From assembly GCF_006345805.1 (NCBI RefSeq), contig NC_043016.1, positions 8,680,001 to 8,744,000 of the forward strand: DNA of 64,000 bases, in the 5' to 3' direction. Under the pieces are notes generated by a model, which worked only from the letters and a program-made list of their open reading frames with translations, did no database searches and had not been told where the DNA came from. Below are positions 1 through 12,959 of this stretch, one piece after another. Origin of the DNA: Octopus sinensis (lineage: Eukaryota). Within the stretch, counting starts at the first letter, position 1; every line of letters begins with the position of its first letter. The translations under genes and the position numbers were made by a program.

Positions 1-1335
1 TTCTGGCTCTCTACACTTTGAGTTCAAATCCCACCAAAACTAAATTTGTCTTTCATCTTTCAGGGATCAATAAAATAAAGTATCAATCAAATACTGATGG
101 TCAACATAATCAGTTTACTCCCTGCCAACTCAAAATTGTTGATCTTATGCACATATTGGAAACAACAACTTACCAACACAAGATCATTACTCATTTCTTT
201 GGACTCTATAGTTACTAAAAAAAATTTATAATTAATTAAGTTAGAATTAAAAATATTTAAGGCACAGTTCATTAAATATCTAACAAGAATTAATTATGTT
301 GTAAGAAAATGATTTTTAATAAAAATGGGAAATGATTCTAAACAGATAATAGTTTTATTAAGACCTTATCAGCAAAGTATAAGCTTCAATGTTCTTGCCA
401 ATATAGTGACAGAAGAATCACTAAAAGATACGGATTTTGCACTAGGTATGCATTAAAGACAAAAATAAACTAGCTTTATGCTTACTAGTTATATAAAGGT
501 CGGAAGCTGAAATTACTTTACATTATTTAGCATGCTTTCTCTCACTGATACAAAATAAACAAAAAAAAAAAACATACAATTGAAAAATTGTTGTGTCGCA
601 AAGACAATCTCCAATTAAATCATTTGGAAATATAAAATTTGGCAGGACTGTTCAACAGATGTTAGAACTTTTTTTTTTTAAATCAAATAGAAAAAAAAGA
701 AAGAAAAAAATCAACAAATAGCAGCAATTCTAAAACAGCCTTTCAGTGATAACAGTGTCCAATTCCGGTCGATTTAAGAAGAAGAAAAAATTCTTACATG
801 CTAGAAGTATAGTGATAATTAATTCATATATCCTCTGCATTGCAGAAGTGTTGCATTCTTCAAAATCTCACTGCAACAGGGAATTTCTGAGCACAAAACC
901 TATTTTCACATTAACTTCCATTCCTGAAAATTCCTGCTATAATGTGGAATTCTGTAATAGGTAAATGTTTTTTTTTCTTGTTATGGAATTCCGCATTACA
1001 GAATCACTAAAAGACTTCCATAATGTGAAGCAAGCCAGGAGCAGAAATGAACTGAGAAAAGGAAAGACAATAACAGAGAGAGAGAGAGAGAGATGGACAT
1101 TTAAAGATATTGGCTAATCAAGTAGAGACATGTAACAGGTGAAAAGATTCCATGCATTTAGCGGAAAGCTGAGTGCATATCAACAACTGTAGTATTTGTA
1201 ACAGGACTCTCCGCAATACCAAAATAGTCTTTGGAGTTACTTGAGCTATATTCTGGACTAGTCATGGGTAAACAAAAGCCCATAGGTCTTTCTGAATGGC
1301 ACACCTAATGAAAAATTATCTTGAATATTTTTAGT

Positions 1336-1727
1336 AGGCGTAGGAGTGGCTGTGTGGTAAGTTGCTTGCTTACGAACCACATGGTTCGGGTTCAGTCCCA
1401 CTGTGCAGCACCTTGGGCAAGTGTCTTCTACTATAGCCTCAGGCCGACCAAAGCCTTGTGAGTGGATTTGGTAGACGGAAACTGAAAGAAGCCCATCATA
1501 TATATGTGTATATATATGTGTGTGTGTGTTTATTTGTGTTTGTCTCCCAAACATTGCTTGACAACCGATGCTGGTGTGTTTATGTCCCCATAACGTAGCG
1601 GTTCGGCAAAAGAGACCGATAGAATAAGTATTAGGCTTACAAAGAGTAAGTCCTGGGGTCGATTTGCTCGACTAAAGGCGGTGCTCCAGGATAGCCATAG
1701 TCACATAACTGAAACAAGTAAAAGAGT
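1336..1727 (+). mobile_element. SINE family B (~400 bp, tRNA-like head, internal TA/TG tract)
   Basis: ggcgtaggagtggctgtgtggtaag...gggttcagtcccactg head, ends ...gaaacaagtaaaagag. Confidence 0.9.
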
Positions 1728-2398
1728 AGTGCAGCCTGCTTGATGATGAACAGCGTCTTTTGTGGCCCACTTCTTGGGAAAGGTTGCCCATGCTTGTTCT
1801 GGAAGAACGCAAGCATAGTTGTGCTATTATGAAATTTGATTCACAACCAGCTGTTTTGCAAGTTCAGTTGAGTCCTCTTCTGCAACAATTTAAGGAAGTG
1901 TCTTCTACTCTTGCCTCAGATCAACCGATGCTTTATGACTAAAATTGGTAGATGAAAACTGAGATGAAGCCCCTGTGTGTGCATGTATGTGTATGAGAGA
2001 GGGGGAGGGGGGAGAGAGAGAAAGAGAGAGAATGTTATTCAATAAATTTGTTTTATAATCTTCAGAAAGCAAGAAAGTCCCATGAATTCAGCTTTTGATG
2101 TGTGGACGATCAAGGGAAAAGACAAATAAAGGAAAATAGGTTAAGAGTTAGCTACGAAAAATCTGCCTCAATGAATCTCATCTAACCAATGCCAAATGGA
2201 AAAAATTAACATAAAACTAATTAAATGAACATCTGTTAAATCTACCCAGATTTTTTTAGTTAGCTTCAATTTGGAAACAGGCATTTAAAGACTTTTTTTT
2301 TTCTAGCAGAATACAAAAGACATATTTGATGTTTTGCTTCTTCTTTTTTTTTTTTTGTCATTTACATAAAACATATTATTCTGAAAATTATCACATAC

Positions 2399-2472
2399 CA
2401 TACAATATTTCATCACACTTCTGCTGCAACCTGGTCAATGGATCAGTTTTTACTGCATTTAACAGAGACCAG
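2399..2472 (-). CDS. Internal exon, WSLLNAVKTDPLTRLQQKCDEILY
   Basis: Acceptor aattttgtaag|, donor TG|GTATGT; 74 nt, phase 2 to 1, in frame with the 3787-3714 exon. Next exon not identified. Confidence 0.7.
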
Positions 2473-2717
2473 CTTACAAAATTGTAATGAAACTCTTTTT
2501 TTTAATAGTTTTTTTTTTTTTTAAATGTTTCAGTCGTTGCATCAATGCTGGATTTTGAAGGATTTTAGTTAAACAAATCAAGCTCAGACCTTATTTTTTT
2601 TTATGCCTGGTACTTACTCTATCAGTCACTTATACAGAGTCATTAAGTTACAGAGACATAAACAAACCAATGCTGCTTGTCTAGCAGTGATTGAGGACAG
2701 ACATATACACAAAGACA

Positions 2718-2980
2718 CATCATCATCGTTTAACGTCCGCTTTCCATGCTAGCATGGGTTGGACGAATGACTGAGGGCTGGCAAACCAGATGGCTGCAAC
2801 AGACTTCAATCTTGATCTGGCAGAGTTTCTACAGATGGATGCCCTTCCTAACGCCAACCACTCCGTGAGTGTAGTGGGTGCTTTTACGTGCCACAGGCAC
2901 AGGGCCAGTCAGGCGATACTGGCAACAATCTCGCTCAAATATTTTACACATGCCACCGGCACAGGTGCCAGTAAGGCGAT
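2718..2980 (-). mobile_element. Family C: truncated LINE 3' UTR with (GAT)n tail
   Basis: catcatcgtttaacgtccgctttccatgctagc... Further copies at about 10430-10746 (-), 17040-17210 (+), 20624-20917 (+), 23085-23426 (+), 30132-30480 (+), 31645-31930 (-), 48958-49323 (+), 50330-50500 (+), 55547-55825 (-), 57170-57447 (-). Confidence 0.85.
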
Positions 2981-2991
2981 GAAGAAAGGCA

Positions 2992-3060
2992 TTCCCATGC
3001 CAGGAATCGAACCCGGGCCGCCTGCGTAAAAGCCAGGAATCCTAACCACTAGACACATAG
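2992..3060 (-). pseudogene. tRNA-Glu-derived pseudogene (anticodon reads TTT, 5' acceptor strand damaged)
   Basis: Minus strand GTCTAGTGGTTAGGATTCCTGGCTTTTACGCAGGCGGCCCGGGTTCGATTCCTGGCATGGGAA matches the eukaryotic tRNA-Glu body, with A box and B box (GGTTCGATTCC); loop CTTTTAC instead of CTTTCAC. Confidence 0.8.
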
Positions 3061-3061
3061 A

Positions 3062-3332
3062 TATAATAATGAAATTACTGTATACAGTGCTCAGGTGCAC
3101 CACAACTTGTCAAAAGTGCATATAAAGCAAATGCAGTATTGTACTGGGAAGTAATGTCTGGGAAGCGAACAGTGTATGAGTCAGATACATGCTTGCGTGT
3201 GTATGGAGGGGAGAAAATCAGGTGTAGTTTTGGCGAATGTCAGGAAGCATGGAAGTTTTGAAGGATGCGGTGCTCCGACAACTAACAACTGATGCCGGCA
3301 GTTTGTTCCATGCTTCAGCAACTCTCAGCGTG
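3062..3332 (-). mobile_element. CR1/L2-type LINE 3' end
   Basis: Translates FFTLRVAEAWNKLPASVVSCRSTASFKTSML (CR1-like ORF2 C-terminal W-N-x-L-P motif), then a 3' UTR ending ...aatttcattattat. Confidence 0.7.
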
Positions 3333-3713
3333 AAAAAATATGTATATATATATCTAAACAAATGACAAACTTTTCTCGGTTTCCATCTATCAAATCCTCT
3401 CGCAAGGGTTTGTCAGCTTTTGGCTACGGTAGAAGACACCTTGCCCAAGGTGTCATGCAGTGGGACCGAACCCTCAACCATGTGGTTGGGAAGCAAACTT
3501 CTTACCAGGCAACCATGCCAGTTAAATAGTATATGGATACTAATGATACTAAACTGAAGTGAATATAATGCTTTGTGTGTGTGTGTGTGTGTGTGTGTTT
3601 GTGTTTTGGAAATAGTTAACATGATTTTTCCATAATCTGGACCATTTCATTAGCAACATCACATCAAGTTACTGCCCAAGCAAGTACTACTGTGAAATAT
3701 TACCCTCACTCAC

Positions 3714-3787
3714 TTAGTGTACATAACCGACACAGCTGCAAAGAACAAAATGCTGTCAGATAAATTGTTCCAGTGAATGAACTCAAT
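3714..3787 (-). CDS. Internal exon, IEFIHWNNLSDSILFFAAVSVMYT(N)
   Basis: Acceptor cttaaattcag|, donor AA|GTGAGT; 74 nt, phase 0 to 2, hydrophobic second half. Confidence 0.75.
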
Positions 3788-4097
3788 CTGAATTTAAGAT
3801 TTAAAGAGTTACTTCTAAATTGTTTTACTGCAGTGCAGCGCTATTGTTAGTGTGTTACAGTGTCTGTGTGTCTGTGTGTGTGTGTGTGTCTGTGTGCATG
3901 CGCATGCACACACATTGCTATAAATATGAATATGGTACTTCATTACCAAACAGTTACAATAACCTGCAATACTCCAGTCATGAATATGAACATGCGGTGC
4001 TCCAGCATGGCCGCAGTCAAAATGACTGAAACAAATAAAAGAGTAAAAGAGTATGGTCAGCAGAATTATGTTGAGCGGGAAGGCAATATTGACCAAG

Positions 4098-4328
4098 ACG
4101 GTGAGCTGGCAGTAACATTAGTACACGGGTGAAATGCGTAGCTGTATTTCGTCTGTTGTTACGTTGTGAGTTCAAATTCCGCTGAGGTCGACTTTGCCTT
4201 TCATCCTTTCGGGGTCGATTAAATAAGTACCAGTTACACACTGGCGGCGATGTAATCGACTTAATCCGTTTGTCTGTCCTTGTTTGTCCCTTCTGTGTTT
4301 AGCCCCTTGTGGGTAGTAAAGAAATAGG
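4098..4328 (+). mobile_element. SINE family A (~230 bp, tRNA-like head)
   Basis: Consensus ggcgagctggcagaa...gagttcaaatt...aaagaaata; TSD tattgaccaag (4087-4097, 4329-4339). Confidence 0.9.
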
Positions 4329-4855
4329 TATTGACCAAGGAACTTCACACTTAAATGTTTCGGTCTACTTAGCAGTAAATAAGTCCCAAAAGACATGAAC
4401 AACTCACAATAACTTTCTTTGACAGCAGTACTGTAAAACTGCAATGTTTTAGAAGCTGGGAGCCACATTGTTAAGTCAATGTTTTTTTGTTTTTGTTTTT
4501 TTTTTTCGTAAATACGTCTGCAACAAAAGTGCCAATAATAAAATAAATTGACATTCTTAGTTACACATACTCTAATAATGATTTCTAACATTGGCTTGAG
4601 ATCAAACATATTTTTATTTTTTTATGTTTTACTGGTTATTTTGCAAAGGTGAGGGCGGGGAAATACGCAATTAAATAAACCTGAATTGTAATTCCTTTTA
4701 TAAAATGCTGACAGGGGATGAAAGATAATACCGAAGCTTGGCGCCAGTGAAAGGTAAAGTTGAGTGCAACAGGATTTGAATTGAGAATATAAAGAGATAT
4801 ATCCAATGCATTGCAAACCCTTTTTGTCCAATGTTCCACCAATTCTGCTGGTCAC

Positions 4856-4916
4856 CTGACTCTTGGTAAACACAACTGCCACAAATGCAGAATACATAAT
4901 TATTATCGCTGCTACA
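4856..4916 (-). CDS. Internal exon encoding a transmembrane-like helix, VAAIIIMYSAFVAVVFTKSQ
   Basis: Acceptor ttgttttactgcag|, donor CAG|GTGACC; 61 nt, phase 2 to 0, in frame with the next exon. Confidence 0.7.
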
Positions 4917-5117
4917 CTGCAGTAAAACAATTTTTTTACAAAATCGAATTTTGATAAATTTATTAACCAAATTTTTGCTGAGGCAGACCATAACCAATTA
5001 CCTCAGGTTTTAGTTGCTTTTTTAAGCATGTATTTCACAGTGAGTTAGCTCAACTTGTTTGGAAGTTGAGCTAACTAGTTCAGGTAGCCTCTAAGTTGTT
5101 GCTCAACTGGCTAGAAA

Positions 5118-5608
5118 TCATCATCATCGGTTAACGTCCGTTTTCCATGCTAGCATGGGTTGGACAGTTCGACCGGGGTCTGGGCGCCAGGGGGCTGCAC
5201 CAGGCTCCAGTCTGATCTGGCAGTGTTTCTACAGCTGGATGCCCTTCCTAATGCCAACCACTGCGTGAGTGCAGTGGGTGCTTTTTACGTGTCACCAGCA
5301 CAAGTGCCAGGGGAGGCTGGCAGTGGCCATGATCGGTTGGTGGTTTTTACGTGCCACCGGCACAGGTATCACAACTACAATTTCCATTTGATATTTATTT
5401 TGATGTTGATGTACTTGACTCAATAGGTCTCCTCAAGCACAGCATGTCATGTGCGACCAGCACAGAAGCCAGACAAGGCGGCACTGGCATTGGCCACATT
5501 CGGATGGTGTTTTTTACGTGCCACCGGCACAGGTATCATAACTACAATTTCCATTTGATATTTATTTTGATGTTGATGTACTTGACTCAATAGGTCTCCT
5601 CAAGCACA
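5118..5608 (-). mobile_element. Family C copy with an internal ~95-bp direct repeat
   Basis: ttttacgtgccaccggcacaggtatc...ctcctcaagcaca occurs at about 5345-5440 and 5513-5608. Confidence 0.85.
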
Positions 5609-6304
5609 TCAACCAAATTTCTTTCAGACCACATAACAACAGCTTTATAAAGAAAAGGACACGTAGGAAAAAGTAGCTAGAGAAATTACATTTAATAAAA
5701 CACAGCTTACTTTGATCAAAGGTTTTAGCTTTTGATTATAGGTATCCTTGCTCATCATTGAACTGTGACTAAACAACAACGACATATTCTAGAAGAAACA
5801 GGAGATGATTTCCAATACCCAAGTAGAGCTGTGAATTGGCAGAGTCACTAGAGCATCAGACAGAATACTTCCAGTATTTGTTCCAATCCTCTAAACTCTG
5901 AAATCAAATCTCATTGTGATCAAGTAATTTTTCATCTCTGGCGGTAGAAGTGTCAATAAATAAAATATCAACCAAGCACTTGTGATGGTTGTGCGTGCGT
6001 GGGTGGGTGGGAGTTGATTCTTATCAGGGGGGGGGGGTCTCTCTTTCTCCTATAATTACCTATCTGAAAGGGAGCAAGAAAGGAGAGTTCACATTGTCAT
6101 TGTGGGCCTTGCTAAATAAACCTCACCAGCACTCAGTGAACTTAAGAAAGAAATGATACCCACATTATTTCATAAGAGTTGATAACTAAAAAGAATAAGG
6201 AAGCAGAACCAAGACCATGAAGTGGAAAGAGGAAAGAAAATCTAAAATTCCTTTATGCCAACCTCCTTTGTATCATATGTATTTCAAAAGAATGACATAT
6301 GTAC

Positions 6305-6527
6305 TTATTTCTTTACTACCCACAAGGGGCTAAACATAGAGGGGACAACCAAGGACAGACAAATGGATTAAGTCGATTGCATCGACCCCAGTGCGTAACT
6401 GGTACTTAATTTATCGAGCCCGAAAGGATGAAAGGCAAAGTCGACCTCAGCGGAATTTGAACTCAGAACGTAGCGGCAGACGAAATACCGCTAAGCATTT
6501 CGCCCGGCGTGCTAACGTTGCTGCCAG
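6305..6527 (-). mobile_element. SINE family A
   Basis: Reverse copy; TSD aatgacatatgtac (6291-6304, 6528-6541). Confidence 0.9.
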
Positions 6528-7850
6528 AATGACATATGTACCATCAACTTTTTTTCTCTTTGTTGCTCCTACAGTGAGGCAAGAATTAAGATTTGGGACA
6601 TGTTCCCCAATTCTGATAACATCATACTTACAATAATGCTACTCTACACAACAGACTATCACATGTATACAAAATCACATCATATCTGTGTATTACACAC
6701 AGTGCCAGCTAAAGTCTATAGATATACTCTATGCTAATACACTAGTAATTTAGTATCTCAATAATTAGTTCAACAAGGTTATATTACTAAGCTCAACAAT
6801 TTGTGTGAATATATAAGATCTCTTTTTCTTAACTTGAATGGCTCCCCGGTGTAGTCACACATTTAATGGTTTTGGTGTCTGTTGAAGGTATCCCTGCTGT
6901 GCTGAACAGTTCAAAGGGTTACACACATGTTGACTTATTGGCTTGAATAAATTACAAATATAGTGTAAACCAGATTTATATAAGGGAGTGATTAAGCTGA
7001 ACACATAATGGAGTGATTAAACTGAATACACAAGTGAATGTTAATTAAAATATATGATATTGTAAGCTAATAAATTTTTAATCCGTTAAAATTAGATCAT
7101 TAGAGATAATAACACTTTTGAACAACAGACTTAAAACACTGCCTGGTGCTTGGTCTGGTCCAGTTGTGTCTTTAGCACAGTGCACTATGATGCAATCTCT
7201 CAGACTTAGTTTGAGGATAATTTCCTTCCACCAGTTTTATGGACCCACAACAAAATCCTTGGTGCTGTTCCTCCTCTTTGGAGTAAGTTGTGTGAAAGAG
7301 GTTTAAAAAATGAAAATATGATTTGAAAAAGACTCAGCTACAATTTCTAGCAGATGAAGTGACTGCCTAGAGACTCCCAGTGGTATCAAAGTGGTACAAT
7401 GTGACAAATCCAAGGTGTGGATGCTGCCAATTAAAAATTCTGTGAAATGGTTGATAACAGTAATTGGCACTCCATTGGTTGTGAGGACGAGGGTTCCATT
7501 TGATCTCATCAACAGACTAGCCTGCTCATGTAATTAATTAATGTGAAAGCAGTTGAGCACTCCACAGACATGCGTAAGTTTAACATGGCATAGAATGTGA
7601 CAAAGCTGACTCTGAATTACGGTTACAATGCATTTGCTAGCTGAGTGGACTGGAGCAATGTGAAATAAAGTGTCTTGCTTAAGGACACAATGCATCATAA
7701 GGAATCGAATTCAGAGCTTTATGGTCATGAGCTGAATACTTACATTTAACATTCATCCCCCATGTTGGCATGGGTTAGAAGACTAATGTCCACTGTTCTA
7801 AGTTTTTACAGATCAGACAGAATTTTTGGGACATTTCTTAAAGCTGGATA

Positions 7851-8083
7851 CCTATTTCTTTACTACCCACAAGGGACTAAACACAGAGGGGACAAACAAG
7901 GACAGACAAATGGATTAAGTCGATTACATCGACCCCAGTGCGTAACTGGTACTTATTTAATCGACCCCGAAAGGATGAAAGGCAAAGTCGACCTCGGCGG
8001 AATTTGAACTCAGAACGTAGCGGCAGACGAAATACCGCTAAGCATTTTGCCCGGTGTGCTAATGTTTCTGCCAGCTTGCCGCC
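7851..8083 (-). mobile_element. SINE family A
   Basis: Full-length reverse copy. Confidence 0.9.
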
Positions 8084-9562
8084 TTATAGCCGGATACCCT
8101 TTGTGTCACCAACACTCATCTGCTTCCAAGAAAAGTATTATTTCTCAATGACATGTTTCTCACAGAGACTGTAAAAAGAACATCACAACAATAATGCTTG
8201 CTTGTAACTATCACGTGATGCGAAGACAATGGTACATGCACATATATATGATGAGCTTCTCTCAGTTTCCATCAACCAAATCCACTCACAAAGGCTTTGT
8301 TCATGCTGGAGTTATAGTAGAAGACACTTGCCTAAGGTTCTGAACAGTAGAACCGAATTCAAGACTACAGGATCGGAAAGCAAACTGTTTAATCACACAT
8401 CTACACCTACAATATTTTATTTGTGCCTCTCAACAGAAAAAGTTGAGAACCTTTCAACTGTCCAGGATAGCTCTGAGATGGCCTAGTTTAATGTTTGCTT
8501 CAATGGGTAGATGGTGAATGATGTGCATCTACAAAGGCCAGCAGTGTGCATCACATTCAAAAGGACATGCAGCATAGCACCAACTAGCAATTATGTTGTC
8601 TAAAAAAAAAAAGGAAAATAATATAAAATGGATAAAAATGTAAGGAAGTGGGGTGGGAGATAAAAAAAAGCAAAATACGTAACAGACATGGAATGAGCAG
8701 ATGAAAAGTACTCTCAGACAAAGTGAGAGAGATAACGAGAGAAAACAGAAGGAGTGAGAGTAAACAATTTATTAAAACTTGCACAACTGGATAAACTCTG
8801 GGGGATATTGATGTACATTATTCATAACAATCATGATTGCTTTCCTTCAGGAGATATTTACAATAAGAAAGACAAACAAAGAATTTTTTAAAATCATTGA
8901 ACCCAAGGCTTATCTAATGGATTAAAAAGGAACAATGTTTATGTGTGTGTGTGTGTGTGTAGATATATGCATAAATATATAAGTACATATTCACAGATAT
9001 GCATGTATTTGTGTATACATGGGTGTGTATACAGTGTTTGTACATGAAGGTTTGTGTTTTTGTAAATGTATGTACAAACGACATGCATTTTAAGGCCATT
9101 TTCTCTTACAAAGCAGAAGTTAGCTTTTTTAGCTTAGAAGTCTTGTCTGTTTTATCCTGTCCTCTACCTACCACCCACCAACAACCTGCTTGCTCTCAGT
9201 TCTTCCTGTATCACCTTATAGCTTCTCTATAGTTTTTCTCCTTTTAGCAGAGAAAGGAGAAATATCGGTTTTCAAGCGATGTTGGGGGGACAAACACAGA
9301 CACACATACATATACATATATACAACGGGCTTCTATCAGTTTCCGTCTACCAAATATAGTAACTTACATAATTTTTTTTATTCCCTGGTCACTTTCATCC
9401 TTCCATTGCACATAATCCAACAATCTCATTGCATCTCTTTTCACAATATTTACCACTGGCTGGCTGGCTGGCTGGCTCCGTTCTCTGCAACTTAGTCTAT
9501 CTCATTCTCAGCAATTTAACCAATCTTACTTCCATTCCTTTCAGACTTCTCTACTGCTCCAT

Positions 9563-9954
9563 ACTCTTTTACTCTTTACTTGCTTCAGCCATTTGACTTT
9601 GGCCATGCTGGAGCACCGCCTTTAGTCGAGGAAATCGACTCCCAGGACTTATTCTTTGTAAGCCTAGTACTTATTCTATCAGTCTCTTTTGCTGAACCAC
9701 TAAGTTACGGGGATGTAAACACACCAGCATCGGTTTTCAAGCGATGTTTGGGGGGACAAACACAGACACACATACATATACATATATACAACGGGCTTCT
9801 ATCAGTTTCCGTCTACCAAATCCACTCACAAGGCTTCTACTATAGCCCGAGACTATAGTAGAAGACACTTGCCCAAGGTGCCACACAGTGGGACTGAAAC
9901 CCGGAATCATGTGGTTGGCAAGCAAGATACTTACCACACAGCCACTCCTGCGCC
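9563..9954 (-). mobile_element. SINE family B
   Basis: Near full-length reverse copy. Confidence 0.9.
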
Positions 9955-10800
9955 ATGTTCACAAACAATGTCTCATTCATAGTATTTTCCACACATGTAG
10001 CATACCATTAAGATTCCCTTCAGTTTTAGTAATACTCTCCACCTCATTAGCACATTACTCAACCATTCAATTCCCGGAACTTCCATATACATTTAGAGCA
10101 TCGCCAAGTCTGATCCACTTTCTCAATTCATTTTAGGACAGGTGCATGAGACCAAATCTGATCAGTTTGAGTCAAAACCAATTGAATATTTTGGGCCAGG
10201 TATGGATGGTTTAAATTCTAAAGGATTGTCACAATGTAACACTTATTAAATGAAATGAAATGTTATTCAAAGTGCCATAGTACCAAAATAAAAAACAAAC
10301 GGAAATAGAGGAGGAAATTCCAGCCTAAAATTTAACACTTAAAGTACTTTTGAATATAAAGAAAAAGGCCACAAAAATGTCTACATTGAAATATCCAAAC
10401 AACAAATTTATCGGTAAATTTATGAAGAATCATCATCATCATCATCGTTTAACGTCCATTTTCCGCGCTAGCACGGGTTGGACGGTTCGACTGGGGTCTG
10501 GGAAGCTAGGGCTGCACCAGGCACCAGTCTGATCTGGCAGTGTTTCTACAGCTGGATGCCCTTCCTAACACCAACCACTCCGCGAGTGTAGTGGGCGCTT
10601 TTTACGTGCCACCTGCACGGGTGCCAGGGGGGGGTCTGGCATCGGCCACGATCGGTTGGTGCTTTTAACGTGCCACCGGCACGGAAGCCAGCCAAGGCGG
10701 CACTGGCATCGGCCACGTTCGGATGGTGCTTTTTATGTGCCACCGGAATAATTAAAAACAGTGTTGCAGACAGACAATTCACAAAGTGTTTCTGAATTAC

Positions 10801-10834
10801 GCCATCTTCTGAAAATTTGACATAGCAAAATTCA
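10801..10834 (-). CDS. Probable internal exon, (V)NFAMSNFQKM(A)
   Basis: Acceptor ttcttttttaatcatcattcacag|, donor GC|GTAATT; phase-2 end joins the 4916 exon in frame. Confidence 0.5.
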
Positions 10835-11316
10835 CTGTGAATGATGATTAAAAAAGAAGAAAAAAAAAACCTTGTGAAATTAAAACAAAAAACATTTTTT
10901 CACTAAAACTTTAATATGAGCATTTTCAATTAAATGTTAATTATGATAATTTGTTTGTGTTTTCTTTATTTTGCAACTGGCTAGTTGGAACCAAAGTCCC
11001 AATTATAACACTTCTATGGGAAAACACTTCCCGCTTTATGGGTTTTCAATTAATAAGTGATAATTGGAAATGAATTAACTACATTTACATGTGTGTGCGT
11101 ATGTGTGAGAGAGAGAGAGTGAGAGAGAGAGAGAGAGAGAGTATACATGTATGTACATGTGTGTGATTCATGAAACTGTTTCATTACAAACTGCAGTATA
11201 GTGAAACAAATAAATATTAATTTTCAGCATTTAACTATTTTGAGTCCTCTTCTTCGAAGTGGTCAGCTAATGATCCTACCAGCTCTTCAAATATACATAT
11301 ATATACACATATATTA

Positions 11317-11548
11317 GGGTGGTGAGCTGGCAGAAATGTTAGCACGCCGGGCGAAATGCGTAGCTGTATTTCATCTGCCATTACGTTCTGAGTTCAAATT
11401 TTGCCGAGGTCAACTTTACCTTTCATCCTTTTGGGGTCAATAAATTAAGTACCAGTTACGCACTGGGGTCGATGTAATCGGCTTAATCCATTTGTCTGTC
11501 CTTGTTTGTCCCCTCTGTGTTTAGCCCCTTGTGGGTAGTAAAGAAATA
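11317..11548 (+). mobile_element. SINE family A
   Basis: Full-length copy. Confidence 0.9.
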
Positions 11549-11564
11549 TAATTATACACATATA

Positions 11565-11915
11565 TTCTTTCACTTGTTTCAGTCATTTGTTGGCGGCCAT
11601 GCTAGAGCACAACCTTCAAACAAATCAACCCCAGGACTTATTTTTCAAGCCTTGCATTTATTCTATTGGTGACTTTTAGCAAACCGCTAAGTTGTGGGGA
11701 CATAAACATGACAATGCTAGTTGTCAAGTGGTGATGGGGAAGGCAAACACAGGCACAAAGACACATACATGAACACACACAAACACATATGACGGGCTTC
11801 TTTCAGTCTCTGTCTACCAAATCCACTCACAAGGCTTTGGTCGGGCCAAGGCTATAAGTAGAAGACACTTGCCCAAGGTACCATGCAGTGGGACTGAAAC
11901 TGGAACCACATCTTG
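11565..11915 (-). mobile_element. SINE family B, diverged
   Basis: Reverse copy. Confidence 0.85.
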
Positions 11916-12011
11916 CCACACACACAGAGACACGTATATACATGGTTGCTATTTCCAGCATAGCGGTATCTCTTAGATACCCTAAATTATAGTTTTAATA
12001 ATAATTATTAC

Positions 12012-12056
12012 CTTTGAAGGTTTTTATTCCCATACTGGCCACTTGATAAGATTGAT
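12012..12056 (-). CDS. Candidate 45-nt internal exon, QSYQVASMGIKTFK
   Basis: Acceptor gttactttaaag|, donor AAG|GTAATA; phase 1 to 1 joins in frame to the 10834 exon. Confidence 0.4.
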
Positions 12057-12263
12057 CTTTAAAGTAACGATCTTATCCTTATTCATATACATTTATATAT
12101 ATATTACAGAGATGTACTTGCATAGCGAGTGACTTGATCTGAGATCGTGTGCTGGAACGAAAACAATTGCAGCATGGCTTAAATGTTGAAGTGAATCTAA
12201 TGGTTTTGTGTGTTTCTTAAATGGCTTATAAACACCTTCCACGCTGCAATTGTTATATATATA

Positions 12264-12670
12264 TGGGCGCAGGAGTGGCTGTGTGGTAAGTAGCTTGTTT
12301 ACCAACCACATGGTTACGGGTTCAGTCCCACTGTGTGGCACCTTGGGCAAGTGTCTTCTACTATAGCCTCGGGCCGACCAATGCTTAGTGAGTGGATTTG
12401 GTAGACGGAAACTGAAAGAAGCCTGTCGTATATATGTATATATATATATGTATGTGTGTGTATGTATGTGTGTCTGTGTTTGTCCCCCTAGCATTACTTG
12501 ACAACCGATGGTGGTGTGTTTATGTCCCCATCACTTAGCGGTTCGGCAAAAGAGACCAATAGAATAAGTACTGGGCTTACAAAGAATAAGTTCCGGGGTC
12601 GAGTTGCTCGACTAAAGGCAGTGCACCAGCATGGCCGCTGTCAAAATGACTGAAACAAGTAAAAAGAGAA
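12264..12670 (+). mobile_element. SINE family B
   Basis: Full-length copy. Confidence 0.9.
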
Positions 12671-12705
12671 AAAGAGAGAAAGATATATATATATATATAT
12701 ATATA

Positions 12706-12771
<66 letters not shown>

Positions 12772-12865
12772 TGTGTGTGAGGCGAGAGAGATAATGATGC
12801 AAATAAACAGATAAAACCACTTGGGTTAGATATATAAAACACATGCACACACACACACATACATA

Positions 12866-12922
12866 TTAAATAAAGAGAGACAAAGACTGCAACTGTTCAG
12901 ATGATGAACATTCATGTATAAA

Positions 12923-12959
<37 letters not shown>

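Noticed and set aside
1258-1554. Recurrent ORFs such as ...LDALPNANHS..., MRNWYLFNRPRK..., YPQGAKHRGDKQGQT...
   Set aside because: Translations of SINE and LINE 3' UTR consensus, not a protein family.
2992-3060. Functional tRNA-Lys(TTT) or identity-switched tRNA
   Set aside because: Body is tRNA-Glu, the acceptor stem is broken, the anticodon stem has a mismatch and there is no oligo-T terminator.
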